Shown piece after piece: positions 25,601-39,010 of a DNA stretch of 64,000 nt. Under the pieces are notes generated by a model. That model was given only the letters and a program-made list of their open reading frames with translations. It had not been told where the DNA came from and ran no database searches. A program made the translations under genes and the position numbers. Location of the stretch: assembly GCA_013239625.1 (NCBI GenBank), contig MU053652.1, positions 8,207,027-8,271,026 of the forward strand, in the 5' to 3' direction. The DNA is from Lama guanicoe. Taxonomy: Eukaryota. Position 1 is the stretch's first letter. Each line of letters begins with the position of its first letter.

Positions 25601-26519
25601 TGCTGATTTTAGCTCATTATGATTTGTGTCAAATTTTAAATAAAACAAGAGTGTAGGGAAAAGAAATAATCAATAGTTGTAAATAATTGATATTTACTAA
25701 AATTTATATACCATAAATAAGGATTATTCATTTCCAAGTGCACAGTGTGTACATATCAAAATAGCCTGTAAAACAGAAAACAAAGAAAATTTACATATAT
25801 TCAAAATGCAGAAAATTTGAAGACTATATTTTTAGATTACTATTCAATAAAACTAGAAAAAAGTAAATTAATTACTGACATGTTCATAATTAATGAAACA
25901 AATTCTGTGCAGTAACAACTGGGCCAAGAAATCAAGGAAGATTAAAACAACACTAAATCAAGAAAACAGCAATAGAACATTTCTGAAATGATACAAAATT
26001 AATCTTTGTATAAATTGAAAATCATTTTTAATTACCTGAAAGGAAAATTTAGGACAAAATTTATGATAATGAAAACAAATAAGATTTGCAGATTGAATAA
26101 AATTTTATAGGGAAGAAATATGCCTTAAACTATGTTCTTAATTTACACAATTCTGTACATTCTGAAATTTACACAGTTTTCATATAGGTTGAGATCACTG
26201 GTTGGCATTTTATTTTTTGACAGCACCTATATGAATAGTCCCCTGTTCTTTCACAATTGCTTATTAAAATCTTATTAACAACTTTAATATTTTAAGGAAA
26301 CTAAATAGGAATTCCTCAAATTTCAATTTCAGTTCTTAAGTGTATTTCTTTTTCTGCCATACAACTATTTTCCAAATAAGTCAAGCTTTCATTTTGCCAT
26401 TTGAGAGAGGAAAAAAAAAAACTTAATCAAAACCTGACAAGTTCTCTTTGAAGTGCTAAGAAATAAAAGTAGTTTACTTAACCATAAAAGGTCAAAATTT
26501 ACTGGTAAGCAAGTACTTC

Positions 26520-26990
26520 TTTGCTAAGAGAAAATTACAAATATACAGTGGAGAAACTGTAGACACCACCTTAATCAAGTAATCATAGTTACTATAGCCA
26601 GTAATGGAACACAGCACAGCATGTGTCTGCTAATAGGATGCAGAAGAACACAATGTCACTTCTGTGTCACTTCTGCTAAAGGTGATAACCTGAAATCTAA
26701 CCAGGAGGAATCATAAGATAAACCCAAACTGAGGGACATTCTATAAGCTAGCTGGCCAATTCTGTTAAAAAAAAAATGGCAAGTTCATGAAAAATAATAA
26801 AAGACTCAGAAATTGTTCCAACTTAAAGGACACCAAGGTCACATAATGGACATTATTGGCATAAATGGCCAAGTTTGATTAAGATCTACAGCTTAGATAG
26901 TGGTCTTATATCCATGTTAATTTTCTGATTTTGATCATTGTACAAGAGGAAATTGTGTAAGAGAATTGTAATTATGTAAAAGAATGCTGT
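26520..26990 (+). mobile_element. Ancient L1ME-like 3' UTR fragment
   Basis: 'tacagtggagaaact...gacaccaccttaatcaagt...aaacccaaactgagggacattcta...ccatgttaattttctgattttgatcattgtac'. Confidence 0.7.
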
Positions 26991-26999
26991 CAAGCAATC

Positions 27000-28110
27000 T
27001 CTACTAAAGGAATTTTAAAAGGGTACTTTGGACAGAAGAGTGATCTCAGGAGTATGATCTGACATGTACAAAGCAATAAGGAACAAAGAATTTGCTTAAT
27101 AGACATTGAATAGGAAACAAGAACAACAGTATATTGTGAGATAAAAGCAAACCCATAAAGAACCAAAATGCTTAACGCAATATCAGATAGGTCAGGTGTG
27201 TTTGGAGTTCAAAGACCTTTGCATTGTTTGGGAGGATAATGAGGATATTTATTGATTTCAGACCTTGAGAAGCTAACTGCTCATTGTACCAAGTTTAAGG
27301 TAACTATTCTAAGAATAGGAATGTGGTAAATATCTCCAAACTTGTAGTGAAAAGAGATGGAATAAAAAACATAATAATTTTTTAAGGCAAGAAAGGAGAA
27401 AAAAAGCAACATTGAAAACAAAAACAAAACCACAGAAATAAATTCAAATATATCAATAACTGTTATGGATATAAGTTGAGTAAATGCTCCAGTTGAAAAA
27501 TTGGTGTATTGGGCCAGTTAATTTTTTTTTTCTCAGACTCATTTAAAAAGCACACACACATACAACTCAGCTATATCTTGTTCATAAGAGGCACATCTAA
27601 AACATAATGATCCAGAAATTCTTAAAACCAAAGAGTAGAAAAAGATATTCCTAACCAAACAAAAGCTGGTGTACTTATATTAGTATCATTAAAAAAAATT
27701 TAAAAGTCAAAGAATGGAAAACACAGGGAAATATATACAAGATCTTGTGGCGGCTCACAGCAAAAAAAAAAAAAATGTGACAATGAATATACGTATGTTT
27801 GTGTATAACTAAAAAATTGTGCTCTACACTGGAATTTGACACAACATTGTAAAATGACTATAACTCAATAAAAAATAGTATAGTTACATTAATATCATAC
27901 AAAGAAAACTTTAAGGCATAAATAATATTAAAGATAAACAATATCACAATATAATTTTTAAAAATATTAGTTTTCCATAGTTAAACTTGGGTTATCTAAT
28001 AGCAAAGCTTCAAAACACATTAAGAATAATCTGCAAAAGAAAAATAGACAAATCTAAAACATAATGGGATATTTTATCATATTTCTGAGTAAATGATGAA
28101 TCAAACATAT
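27000..28110 (+). mobile_element. Ancient L1M (inter-ORF region and ORF2 start), degraded
   Basis: 'taaatgctccagttgaaa', 'aaccaaacaaaagctggtgtacttatattagtatca' and 'aatagacaaatctaaaacataatgggatatttt' are EN-domain remnants. Confidence 0.6.
27720..27876 (+). mobile_element. Young lineage-specific L1 3' terminus nested in the old L1M
   Basis: Close reverse-complement match to the L1 end at 57330-57490 ('tgtgctctacactggaatttgacacaacattgtaaaatgactataactcaataaaaaa'). Confidence 0.9.
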
Positions 28111-28111
28111 A

Positions 28112-28257
28112 AAAATTTATATATTTATTAAAAATGTAGGTTAATGGTCTTTGCTTAAATGTCATTGTGGTTCTATACTTTCACAAAATTCATATATTTA
28201 TTAAAAATGTAGATTAATGGTCCTTGCTGAAATGTCATTGTGATTGTGTACTTTCAC
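28112..28257. repeat. Two-copy 73-bp tandem duplication
   Basis: Units 28112-28184 and 28185-28257; TTTATT (minus-strand AATAAA) at 28124 and 28197. Confidence 0.9.
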
Positions 28258-28750
28258 AAAACATAATTATAGGAGACTCTTCAAAAAAATACTCTGGACA
28301 GAGGTAAGAAAGTAAACAGAAACAACTTTCAGGACAGTGCTAGTTTGACATAATTCTCTGATAATTAATAGTTGCTGGAAAATAGAGTTTGGCCTGATTT
28401 ATGAATATATCAACATTCAAGAAGGCTGAATATGGCAGACACAGGTGCATTCTGACCGGAAGCTTTTTCATACTTTACAAATAGTTTTATATTTCAGCTG
28501 GGAAGATCAAAGAGTCTCATTTGCAGACAGAGGTAGAAATTGTAATCAGGTTCTTCATATCATGCATCCACATATAATGCCCCATCTTTAGATGCTGTCC
28601 AGTTTCTTTAAAATAAAAGGAGTGCCTCCCAGCGGGACCACGTAGATGAGGAAGTTCTGCAGGGCGGAGATCACATTCCCCAGCATCTTCTGGTTCATCT
28701 TTTTGCCCCGTTCCCTTGTGAGGCCCTCAATACGGAACGTGGTGGCTCTG
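28112..28750 (-). pseudogene. TOMM5: Processed retrocopy of TOMM5 (mitochondrial import receptor subunit TOM5), CDS-like region 28740-28588 plus 3' UTR
   Basis: Minus strand 28740-28588 translates to [50 protein letters not shown], versus human TOMM5 as recalled, [51 protein letters not shown] (about 30/51 identical by eye). Intronless, ATG replaced by ACG, and followed by a UTR-like tract ending in AATAAA. Confidence 0.93.
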
Positions 28751-30299
28751 CCTCCTTAGGCCTCAAGCCTGTGCTCTGCTCTCTCCTCACTGCCTGAAGC
28801 TTGAACAATTTTAACTTCTCTAAGCCTTGCTTGTTTCCTATGTGGAACAGAAACTGTGGGATCTAACTGATTGCCTCGCTGTGACTCTTAAATGAGATAT
28901 ATCAGAAAGCTTTATGCTGAGATATTAATATTCTCCCAACCCACCCCCACTTAGCTCCTTAAACTCCTAATACTCCTAGGACTAAACTGTCACTTATTAT
29001 CCTTCCAAGCAAGAGATTAAAGGACTAAGACCGATGATCTCCACCTGACGTCATGTTCTGTCAGATGCTGGGCCTGCCTCAGGCATCTACTCTGTTCCCT
29101 CAGCGTCCCTGCTCCGGGTCATGGTCTGGGTCATTTACATGCCAAGCTTACCAGCCAGGGAAGCTGTACTATGCTTTTCTTTCTACAGCCAGTGCTATTG
29201 CTATTGCAGTGTTTGGTGTTCACTGAACACCAGATCACTGTTATTATCATCATCATTGCAACTGATGTCAATAATAAAACAATCCCTCGAGCTTTTGTGG
29301 GTGATGTCAACTTCCTCAGGCTGCTTGGTTGTTTCTGTCCTATTCTCTCCCCCTGACCTAAAACAGATCCCTGAGCTCTCTCTTAGTTGATAATATCTTC
29401 CCTAACTCATTTGATTTCACTCATTTTCCCCCTTCAGATTGTAAATGATGAACAAGTTCTGTACAGACTCTTCTCAAAACTGATCTAGTTTAGATTCAGT
29501 AGCAGTCTTGCAGGATCATGGAGAGACTGCTAAGTTTAATGCCACAATCATCTCAGCTCCTACGGAGTATTCATTTCATTGTCAGCTGGTGGGAACAGGC
29601 AATTGCTGTGGTATAAGGCTGATTCCCTTCAGTAATGAAGCAAGGAAGGCACTGGGACATTTTCATTTCTGAATTCCAAGTGAGTACATATTGTCATTTC
29701 AGATGCTGTTCCAAGAGCTATCATTTGCTGGAGTGCGTCTGGTACCACATTTATTTACAGCATTCTAATTTTTCTTTAAAACTTAGGGAATGTGGGAAGG
29801 AACTGAGGTTATTGATTTTGGATATGTAGAACTCAGCTAGTAAGATAGGGCCAAGTTATATTCTCCAAGGGAAAAATGCTCAATTTCTCATCATTTCTGA
29901 TACCGAAGACAGCATAGGAAAGAATAATTGAAAATAGGTAATGGACAATCAGCCAGAGGGTTTATTTGATAGCAAAGAGACGTCTGAGTCCCAGGGAGAG
30001 AAAATCAAGTTGTAAGAGAGTTGAAGTCCTACCATGCTGTAATAACGGGAAATTGTGCAACTTTTTACTTTGATACTGAAACATCTCTTATCCTGCTCTA
30101 AATGGAACGATGAGCACTATTTTCTTGTATACAAAAGTAAAGAAAGGAAAAGATGATGCAAGAGTCGTGTAAGATAATGATAACTGCCTTGCCTTGAGAA
30201 AAAGCTGTAAGACAAAGGAAAACTTTAACACAATACTGAAAAAAAAAGAATTTTATATAATTAAACAAGTAATTGAAGATATTGTAAAAGACACTTATA

Positions 30300-31400
30300 A
30301 ATCAGAAACTCAAAAGTCAAAGAAGAAATTGTCAACAATAGCATACAATGTTAGATGAAAGTAGAGTAACATTTTCAAGAAGTTCAAGGAAGAACATGTG
30401 AGCCCTTCAATTTTCACAGCTATAGAAAACCCATTTTAACTGTGTAAGAACTTAGGGAATATTATACTCACAGGTTCTTTCTGAGGAATCTTGCCATTCG
30501 ATTGAGAGAGAATTTTAACAAAGAACTTCTAGTGAGTATTGTTGTATATATTTAATTGTACATCTAAGACTAAAATAAAGATGAGAATAAACGTGGAAGA
30601 TGAGAACGTGCATGTTAAATGTTTTGAGTAAATAGAAATAACATAACTAAAAAATGGGAAAGTATAAAGTTAACAACTGTACAAAAGATATAAAGAAAGC
30701 CTTTTAAAACACTTATGAAATAATGTACATTATATTTGAACAAATGAAAAGGTATCCCATATTCTTAGAATGAAAGAATAAATGTTATCAAGATGTTAAT
30801 TCTATCCAAGATAATATACAACCTGAATAAAAATACCAATTAAAAAAAAGAGTTAGATAAAATGAACCTAAAGTTTGTATGAAAAAAATTAATAAATCTT
30901 AAATTACTATACAGTGAAAAACACAGGAGAAAAGGGCAGTGGGAAGTGAGGAGACTAGCAGGAACAGATATTAAAACATACTGAATAGCCTCTAATTAAA
31001 CCAGTGTGGACTGGCATAGGAATGGACTGACTGATATTCCAAGGGAACATAATAAAAACTAAAAATAGACCCAAATATGTAGGACAATTTATGTTTATTA
31101 AATCACTGGGGGAAAGAAAATTTTCAGCAAATTGTGTTGGGTTAACTGGAAATATTGAAAAAAACCCTCAGACTATATGTAAGAATAAATTCCACTAATT
31201 GATCAGATATCTGAATATTTTAAAGATGAGAATTTAAAGAAACTATATATGTACTAGAAAAAACTTAATTCCTCTATAAACTAGATGGAAAAGGCATTCT
31301 TTATCATAACTAACACACTTGATGCTATGAAGGAGAAGACTAATAAATTTGACCTCAAAATTTTGTAAGGCAAAGAAAATAACAATTTAAAAGAAGAATA
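30300..31400 (+). mobile_element. Ancient L1M fragments
   Basis: A-rich ORF2 remnants: 'atcccatattcttagaatgaaagaataaatgttatcaagatgttaattct', 'attaaaccagtgtggactggc', 'aaatagacccaaatatg'. Confidence 0.55.
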
Positions 31401-32174
31401 GGATTTAGAGAGGAAAGGAAAAAAAAAAAAGATTTGCTTTGCCACTATAATCAGGTTTTCCCCTTCCCAATTTGATCTTAAATGGTTTTAAATAATGAGA
31501 TTGGATAAAATGATTTCTAAAGTCCCTTTAACTTTAACATTGTAGAATTTTAGCATGCTTGAACTACCTAAATACAAGAGAAAGACAGTTATATGCTTGG
31601 TTGAATCTTAGTCTTTTTTTTCTTCTTAATAATCTGACCATTTCCTTTTAATTTTTTTTCACCCTGTCGTAAAATACAGGATCTATTCCACTGTTTCTTC
31701 TTCTGGTAGCCTTCACTCCTCATTCCTCCTCTTGATATGATGATAATGCCATCAATCCATGAGCAGTTATTTTAAACCTCATGGATCAGGATTTCTATTT
31801 CCTCAAGCCCTCCAGAATCCAAGAACTTTGGAACTTCACAGTGAACAGACAACTGTTCATTAAGGTCCCTGGGTTTGTGGGGTGAGGGTGATGCAGCTAA
31901 TTCAGAGCTTTAGTCTTGGCAAAGGTAGTAGGGAAGGAGAATATCCAGTGATAGAAAGTAAGTTCCATGATCTTTGACTATGATGTATATAAGTGGTAGT
32001 TTGTGAAAAGAGAACATGAGAAGGTAAAGAGGCAGATGTGGAAGAGAAGCAATATTTCTATCAGAAATAGGAAGCTAATTTTAATTCTGTTCTAGATAAA
32101 TATACAACGTTTAGCTATTCATATATTTATTCCAAAAATTACTTGAGATTATTTAAAATAGAAGATGAATTTCT

Positions 32175-32921
32175 TTTCTTTCTTTTTTTAAATTGAAGTA
32201 TAGTTGATTTACAGTATTGTGTTAGCTTCAGGTGTACAGCAAAGTGATTTAGTTATATACATATTTTTAAGATTATTTTTCATTATAGGTTATTATAAGA
32301 TATTCAATATAATTCCTTGTGCTGTATAGTAAATCCTTGTTGCTTATCCATTTTATGTATAGTAGCTCATATCTGTTAATCCCATACTCCTAATTTATCT
32401 CTCCCACCTTCCTTTCCCCTTTGATAACCAAAAGTTTGCTTTCTATGTCTGGAGTCTTTTTCTCTTTTGCATATAGATTTTTTTGTTGTTGTTTGTTTGT
32501 TTTAGATTCCACATATAAGTGGTATCATACAGTATCTGTCCTTCTCCGCCTGGGTTACTTCACTAAGTATAATATTCTCTAGGTCCATCCATGTTGCTGC
32601 AAATGGCAATATTTAGTCTTTTTTATGGCTAAGTAATATTGTGCGTGTGTACGTGTGTGTGTGCCTCACATTTTTTAAGCCAATCATCTATTGATAGGCA
32701 CTCTTAGGTGGTTTCCATGTCTTGGCTATTGTAAATAGTGCTGTTATGAACATTGGGGTATATGTATCTCTTTGAATTAGAGTCTTCATCTTTTCCAGAT
32801 ATATACCCAGGAGTGGAATTGCTGGATCATATGGTAGCTCTATTTTTAGTTCTTAAAGGAACTTCCATACTATTTTCCATAGTGGTTGCACTAATTATAT
32901 TCCCACCAATGGTGTAAGAGG
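32175..32921 (-). mobile_element. 5'-truncated cetartiodactyl-type L1 (3' UTR and ORF2 C-terminus)
   Basis: Antisense L1 end with T tail; 16-bp TSD tagaagatg(a/c)atttct at 32159-32174 and 32922-32937; TTCT/AA endonuclease site. Confidence 0.93.
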
Positions 32922-35337
32922 TAGAAGATGCATTTCTAAAAGAAAAAAACTTATATGATGTATGATATTGAAGGTAATTATATATAAAACCTTGGCTATA
33001 AATAGTTGCAAGATTATATACTCAGTTATGGCATGATATTGTAAAGCTAAAGCCAAAGAGGGAGAGCTATACTGAGTTATAAAATTCCTATTGTCAATTA
33101 AAAAGCACATCTTTTTTTGAAGTAATAGTTCCATTTGACTGATTGATTAATTGATTGATCGATTGATTTGACATCTTTTTAAGAGACAGAGATTTTTCTG
33201 TTGCTGAATTCTTTGAGTAATTTGTTTACCTGAATGATCCTTACACAGGTACAGGGAAGAAGATTTAATGATTGGTCTGTAACTAGCTTCTTTTCCTCAG
33301 GGATGCCTCAGGTAAAATTGACCTGAACTTGTGCAAACTGACTTATGGAATGTATAAGGCCAAAAGATAATGAGGGTCCAAGAGGAATGCTTTTAGAAGG
33401 GTGAACCTGGTTTCTCTAGTTTGATTCTGAGAAATCCGAAATTTATGGAATTACATACTGCAGCTGTATTGAAGGATATGACTTAATTATGTAGCCAGAA
33501 CAATTCTGTATGATTAATTGAGCATATAAGTTTAAGAGACACCAAATTCAGTGATTTCCCTGTGCTTGACTGATCCCTAGTTGGATAACATAATTCTGAA
33601 ACCAATGAACTCAGGTACAGGAAAGGGTATTCCAAGAGCTGCCTCTGGTGTTTGAGGCCATGTAGATATTGGTGCTGCTTGTAATATTGTTTTGAATTTT
33701 TTGCTAATCATTAATAAGGATTAAGGCTGAGGAAGACTCTTATTTCATTGACTGATGATTCAGGCCTTTGTAGTTGTACAGGGACAATAAACAGTACAAG
33801 CCACAGCATCTCCCAGTTTCTTTTAGAAAGGATGCATAACTCTTCCTTATAAACAATCTTCATAGCAGCTAAGGACCCAACACAGTGAAAGCAAACGGTG
33901 TCGACAGGGACTCAAAGTTCTCTGGGACAAAAGTGTGGCTTCTTGGAGGTTGGGCTCAGTTCAAGGCTTGAATTTCAAAAGCACAGAGAGATGAATCACT
34001 AGCATGTTCTATAGACTCTCTTTCAAATACTAATGTTCTTGACAGAGCTTGTATCAGGAGCTCTGCAGGGATCCATTTCTGGAGAGTGCCTGAAGTATAA
34101 GTATTCGTTGATTGAAAAAAAGGTCTTTAAGATTTAGAAACAAGATGTGCAGTGGTAAAGTAGATATTGTTATAAATTTGAAAAGATTCTTCTTTTTTGT
34201 CTATGGTCTGGATGCAAGACAATGATTTGCATGATCTATTAATTATTTACACTGATCACTGGACAGCAAATACTAATTCTGGATGTAGTCAGGTAAAGAA
34301 TCATTCTTTTACGGATATTACTTGCTTGTAATAGTACTCACTATGTAAGCTTTGTATTTATAAGTTGTAAGGTACATATTACTTGTTTGTTCTCCTTTTT
34401 TTTTTTTAAGTTAAAAATGTTTTTTTCCTAATTAATTTTCCTGCTGGATACAGAAGGTGTGATCCAGTGCAAAAAATTTTTTTGCTCCTGGAATAGTTTT
34501 CATTGTAAATTAACAAATGGTCTTTTGGCTGATTGACCTGAATCAGTCCCCTACAACTTATTACGTTAAATTTATATTTTTAACCTGTAAATATGAGTAT
34601 CAGACCCAAGCCTCATGGGGATGCTGCCAGGGTGCAGATACCTGGGAGGCCCTATCTGTAGCTGTGAAACCTTCCATTTGTTCTGGGTACACCTACCAGT
34701 GAAAACACCTCCTTGTTGGAAAAGCGAAGTGGGGAAGGAGGGGACAAACTAAAATAACTTTAAAAATGGGGAGTTAAAAGGAGGAGATTTTAAAATCTCT
34801 TGAGTCATAGCTCTCTAAATCACTGAATCATAATGGTGCTGTGAATTTATTTTTACATTCTGAATTTATTGATATTTTAGTGGACAGTATTGTCTACATC
34901 ACACCCAAAGTGGTACACTTAATCAAATCTATTTAATTGACAAATTATTTTTAAATGCATGTTTTTGCCTAGCACTGGAGTTTCGTGCTAGGAATGCAAA
35001 ATATTAACAAGATAGTTAGAGCTCCTTCCCTGGGGAAACCACTATCTCAAGGGAGAATCAGACATTTAATTAAGCACTCAATTGATTATTTAATTATATT
35101 TGTGATAAATACATCAAAGGACAGGAGTTCTGTGCAGTGGAAGGCTGTAAACAGATGATCTGATGTCAACTGAGGTCCAGAGAGTTTCCTTTAATTGCCC
35201 AAGATTATGTAGCTTAGAAGTAGCAGAGCAGAACTTTGAATCTAGGTGTAATCTTATGTGAATGCACTACATTTACTGCCTCTAACTACATAGCTATAAT
35301 AGTGGCACAAAGTGCCATGTGAGCAAAAAGAATGGTA

Positions 35338-35445
35338 TGTTAGTTTTCTATGACTGCTGTCATAAATCACTACAAATTTAATAGCTTATCTTACGTTCTC
35401 TAGGTTAGAAATCCAACAGTTCTCGTGGGCTAAAATCAAGATGCT
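35338..35445 (-). mobile_element. MLT1 LTR fragment abutting the L1
   Basis: 'tgttagttttctatgactgctgtcataaatcactacaaatttaatagctta...gggctaaaatcaagatg'. Confidence 0.7.
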
Positions 35446-38400
35446 TTCATTCATATTTGATGGAGAGATCAAAATTTTTACAGAGAAGCAAACGCTGAAA
35501 GAGTTCAGCACCACCAAACCAGCTTTATGAGAAATATTAAAAGGACTTCTCTAAGTGAAAAAGAAAAGGCCAGTGCTAGAAAAATGAAAATTACAAAAAG
35601 AAAATCTCATTGGTTAAGATAAATATACAATAAAGGTAGTAAATCAACCACAAATAAAGCTAGTAGGAAGGTTAAAAGACAAAAGAAATAAAACCATTCA
35701 TATTCAGAACAAGTAGTTAAGGGATACACAAAACAAAAAGGTAAAATATGATACCAAAAACAGTAAGTGCTGGGGAGGGTGACTAAAAACGCAGGGTTGT
35801 TAAAATGCATTTGAACTTAAGACATCAACAACTTAAAATAATCATACATATATGTATATATATATATATAAACTATAGCATATATATAAAAATCATATAC
35901 ATATATCGCTATATATAAACTTCATGGTAACCACAAACCAAAAATCTGGAATAGATACACACACACACACAAAGAGAAAAGGAGACTAAGTATAACACTA
36001 AAGGCAGTCATCAAATGACAAAGGAAGAGAGGAAAAGAAGAAGAAAGGAGTAAAATAGAACTACAAAAACAACCCCAAAACACTTGGCACAATGGCAATA
36101 AATGCATATTTATCAATAATTATTTTAACTGTAGATGGACTAACTACTCCAGTCAAAAGACATAAAGTGTCTGAACGGATGCAAAAATAAGTCCCATATA
36201 TATTCTAATTTTAGAACTAAAGACACACACAGACCAAAAGTGAGAGGATAGAAAAAGATATTCCATACAAATGAAAGAAAAATAAATCCAGCATAACAAT
36301 ACTTAAATTAGACAAAATAGACTTAAAGCAAAGACTGTAGTAAGAGGCAAAGAAGGATATTACATAATCATCAAAGAATCAATTCAAGAAGATGATAACA
36401 ATTGTAAATATATATGCACCCAACATAGGAGCACCTAAATACATAAAACATATTAACAGACATAAATTGACAGTAGCACAATAATAGTAAGGGACTTTAT
36501 CATCCCACTTCAACACAGTATTGGAATTCCTCACCACAGCAATCAGACAATAAAAATAAATAAAAGGAATCCAAAGTGGAAAGGAAAAATAAAATTGTCA
36601 CTGTTTACAGATGACATGATACTATACACAGAAAATCTTAAGAGACACTACCAAAAAGCTACTAGCACTTATCAATGAATTCAGTAAAGTTGCAGGATAC
36701 AAGATTAATATACAGAAATCTGTTGCATTTCTGTACACTAACAATGAACTATCAGAAAAAGATAGCTTTTTTTTATAATCCCATTTACATTGCATAAAAA
36801 AAAGAATAAAATACCTGGAAATCAATCTAAGGAGGTAAAAGACCCATACCTGGAAAATTATAAGACACTGATGAATGAAATTGAAGCTGACACAACCAGA
36901 TGGAAAAATATTTCATGTTCCTGGATTAGAGGAATTAATATTGTTAAAATGACCATACTACCCAAGGCAATCCATTGATTCAAGGCAATTCCTATCAAAA
37001 TATCAATGGCATTTCTCACCGAAGGAGAACAAATAATTTTAAAATCCTATAGAAATGCAAAAGACCTCAAATAGCCAAAGCAATCTTGAGAAGAAGAACA
37101 AAATTGAAGCTATCATGCTCCCTGACTTCAAACAATACTTCAAAGCTACAGTGATCAAACAGTATGGTACTAGCAAAAAGACAGACACATAGATCAATGG
37201 ATCAGAAATGAACACACAGTTCTATAAGCAATTAATTTATGACAAATGAGGCAAACATATACAATGGGGAAAAGACAACCACTTCAATAAATGGTATTGG
37301 GAAAAGTGGACAGCTACATGCAAAAGAATCAAACTGTACTACTCTCTCACGCCATACATACAAATAAATTCAAAATGCATTAAAGACTTAAATATAAGAC
37401 CTGAAAGCATAAAACTTCTGGAAGAAAACATAGGGAGTAAACTCTTTGACATAGGTTTTAGGAATATTGTTTTGGATATATCCTCAGGCAAGGGAAGCAA
37501 AAGCAAAAATAAACAACCAGGACTACATCAAACTGAAAAGTTTCTGCACAGCAAGGGAAACTATCAACAAAATGAAGAGTCCACCTACTGAATAGGAGAA
37601 GATAGTTACAAATGATATATCCGATAAGGGGTTAATATCCAAAATATACAAAAAACTCATACAGCTCTACATTAAAAGAACAAATAACCAAGTTAAGAAA
37701 TGGGCAGGGCATCTGTATAGACATTTTTTCAAAGAAGACATACAGATGGCACATGAAAAAATGTTCAGCAGTACTAATCATCAGGGAAATGTAAATCAAA
37801 ACCGCAGTGAGATATATCACTTCATGCCTGCCAAAATGGCTATTCCAAAAAGACAACAGATAACAAGTGTTGGAGGATGTGGAGAAAAGAGAACCCTTGT
37901 GCACTGTTGATGAGGATGTAAACTGGTGCCGCTACTATGGAAAACAGTATGAGGATTCCTCAAAAAATTAAAAATAGAACTACCATATGATTCAGCAATT
38001 TCCTAGGTATTCACCCAAAGAAAACAAAACCACTCATTAGAAAAGATATGCACCCTTATGTTCATTGAAGCATTGTTTACCATAGCCAAGATATGGAAAC
38101 AACCCAAGTGCCCATCAATAGGTGAATGGATAAAGAAAACATGATGTATACATACATACAATGGATGATTACTTAGCCATAAAAAAGAATGAAATCTTTC
38201 CATTTGCAGCAACATGGCTGGACCTAGAGGATATTATGCTAAGTGAAATATTAGACAGAGAAAAACAAATACTGTATAATATCACTTATGTATGGAATCT
38301 AAAAAAAAACAAAATGAATGACCAAACCTAACAGAGCAGAAGCTGAGTATAGATACAGAGAACAAACAGGTGGTAGCAGAGGAGAGTGGCTGGGTGGAGG

Positions 38401-39010
38401 AAAGAAATAGGCCAGGGAGATCAAGAGGTACAAACTTCCAGTTACAAAATGATGAATCATGGCTAGGAAATGTACAGTGTGGGGAATATGGTATGATGAC
38501 AGATCATAACTAGTTTATTGTGGCGATCATTTTGAAATTTATAGAAATATTAAAGCAACATGTTGTGTAACAGGAGCTAACATAGTGTTAAAGGTCAATT
38601 TTACTCTAAAAACAAGCATGCAAACAAACTCATTAAAAAGGAGATCAGATTTGCGGTTACCAGAGGCAAAAGGAGAAGGGATTGGATGAAGGTTCTCAAA
38701 AGGTCCGAACTTCCAGTTATAAGATAAGTAAGTCCTAGGGATATAATGTTCAACATGACAAATATAGTTAACACTGATGTATGTCATATATAAAGGTTGT
38801 TTCTAGAGAGTAAATCCTAAGCGTTATCATCACAAGGAAAAATTTTTTTCTATTTCTTTAATTTCGTATCTATATGAGATGATGAATGTTCACTAAACAT
38901 CATGATAATCATTTGATGATGTATGTATGTCAAATCATTATGCTAGACACCCTAAATTTATATAATGCTATGTGTCAATTATATCTCAATAAAACCGGAA
39001 GAAAAAAAGA
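35445..39010 (+). mobile_element. L1: ORF1 C-terminus, inter-ORF region, internally deleted ORF2, 3' UTR
   Basis: ORF1 end (EFSTTKPAL..LKGLL*, stop 35552-35554); ORF2 ATG at 36092; RT motif LFTDDMILY at about 36601; many stops and frameshifts; aataaa and A tail at about 38988-39008. Confidence 0.95.
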
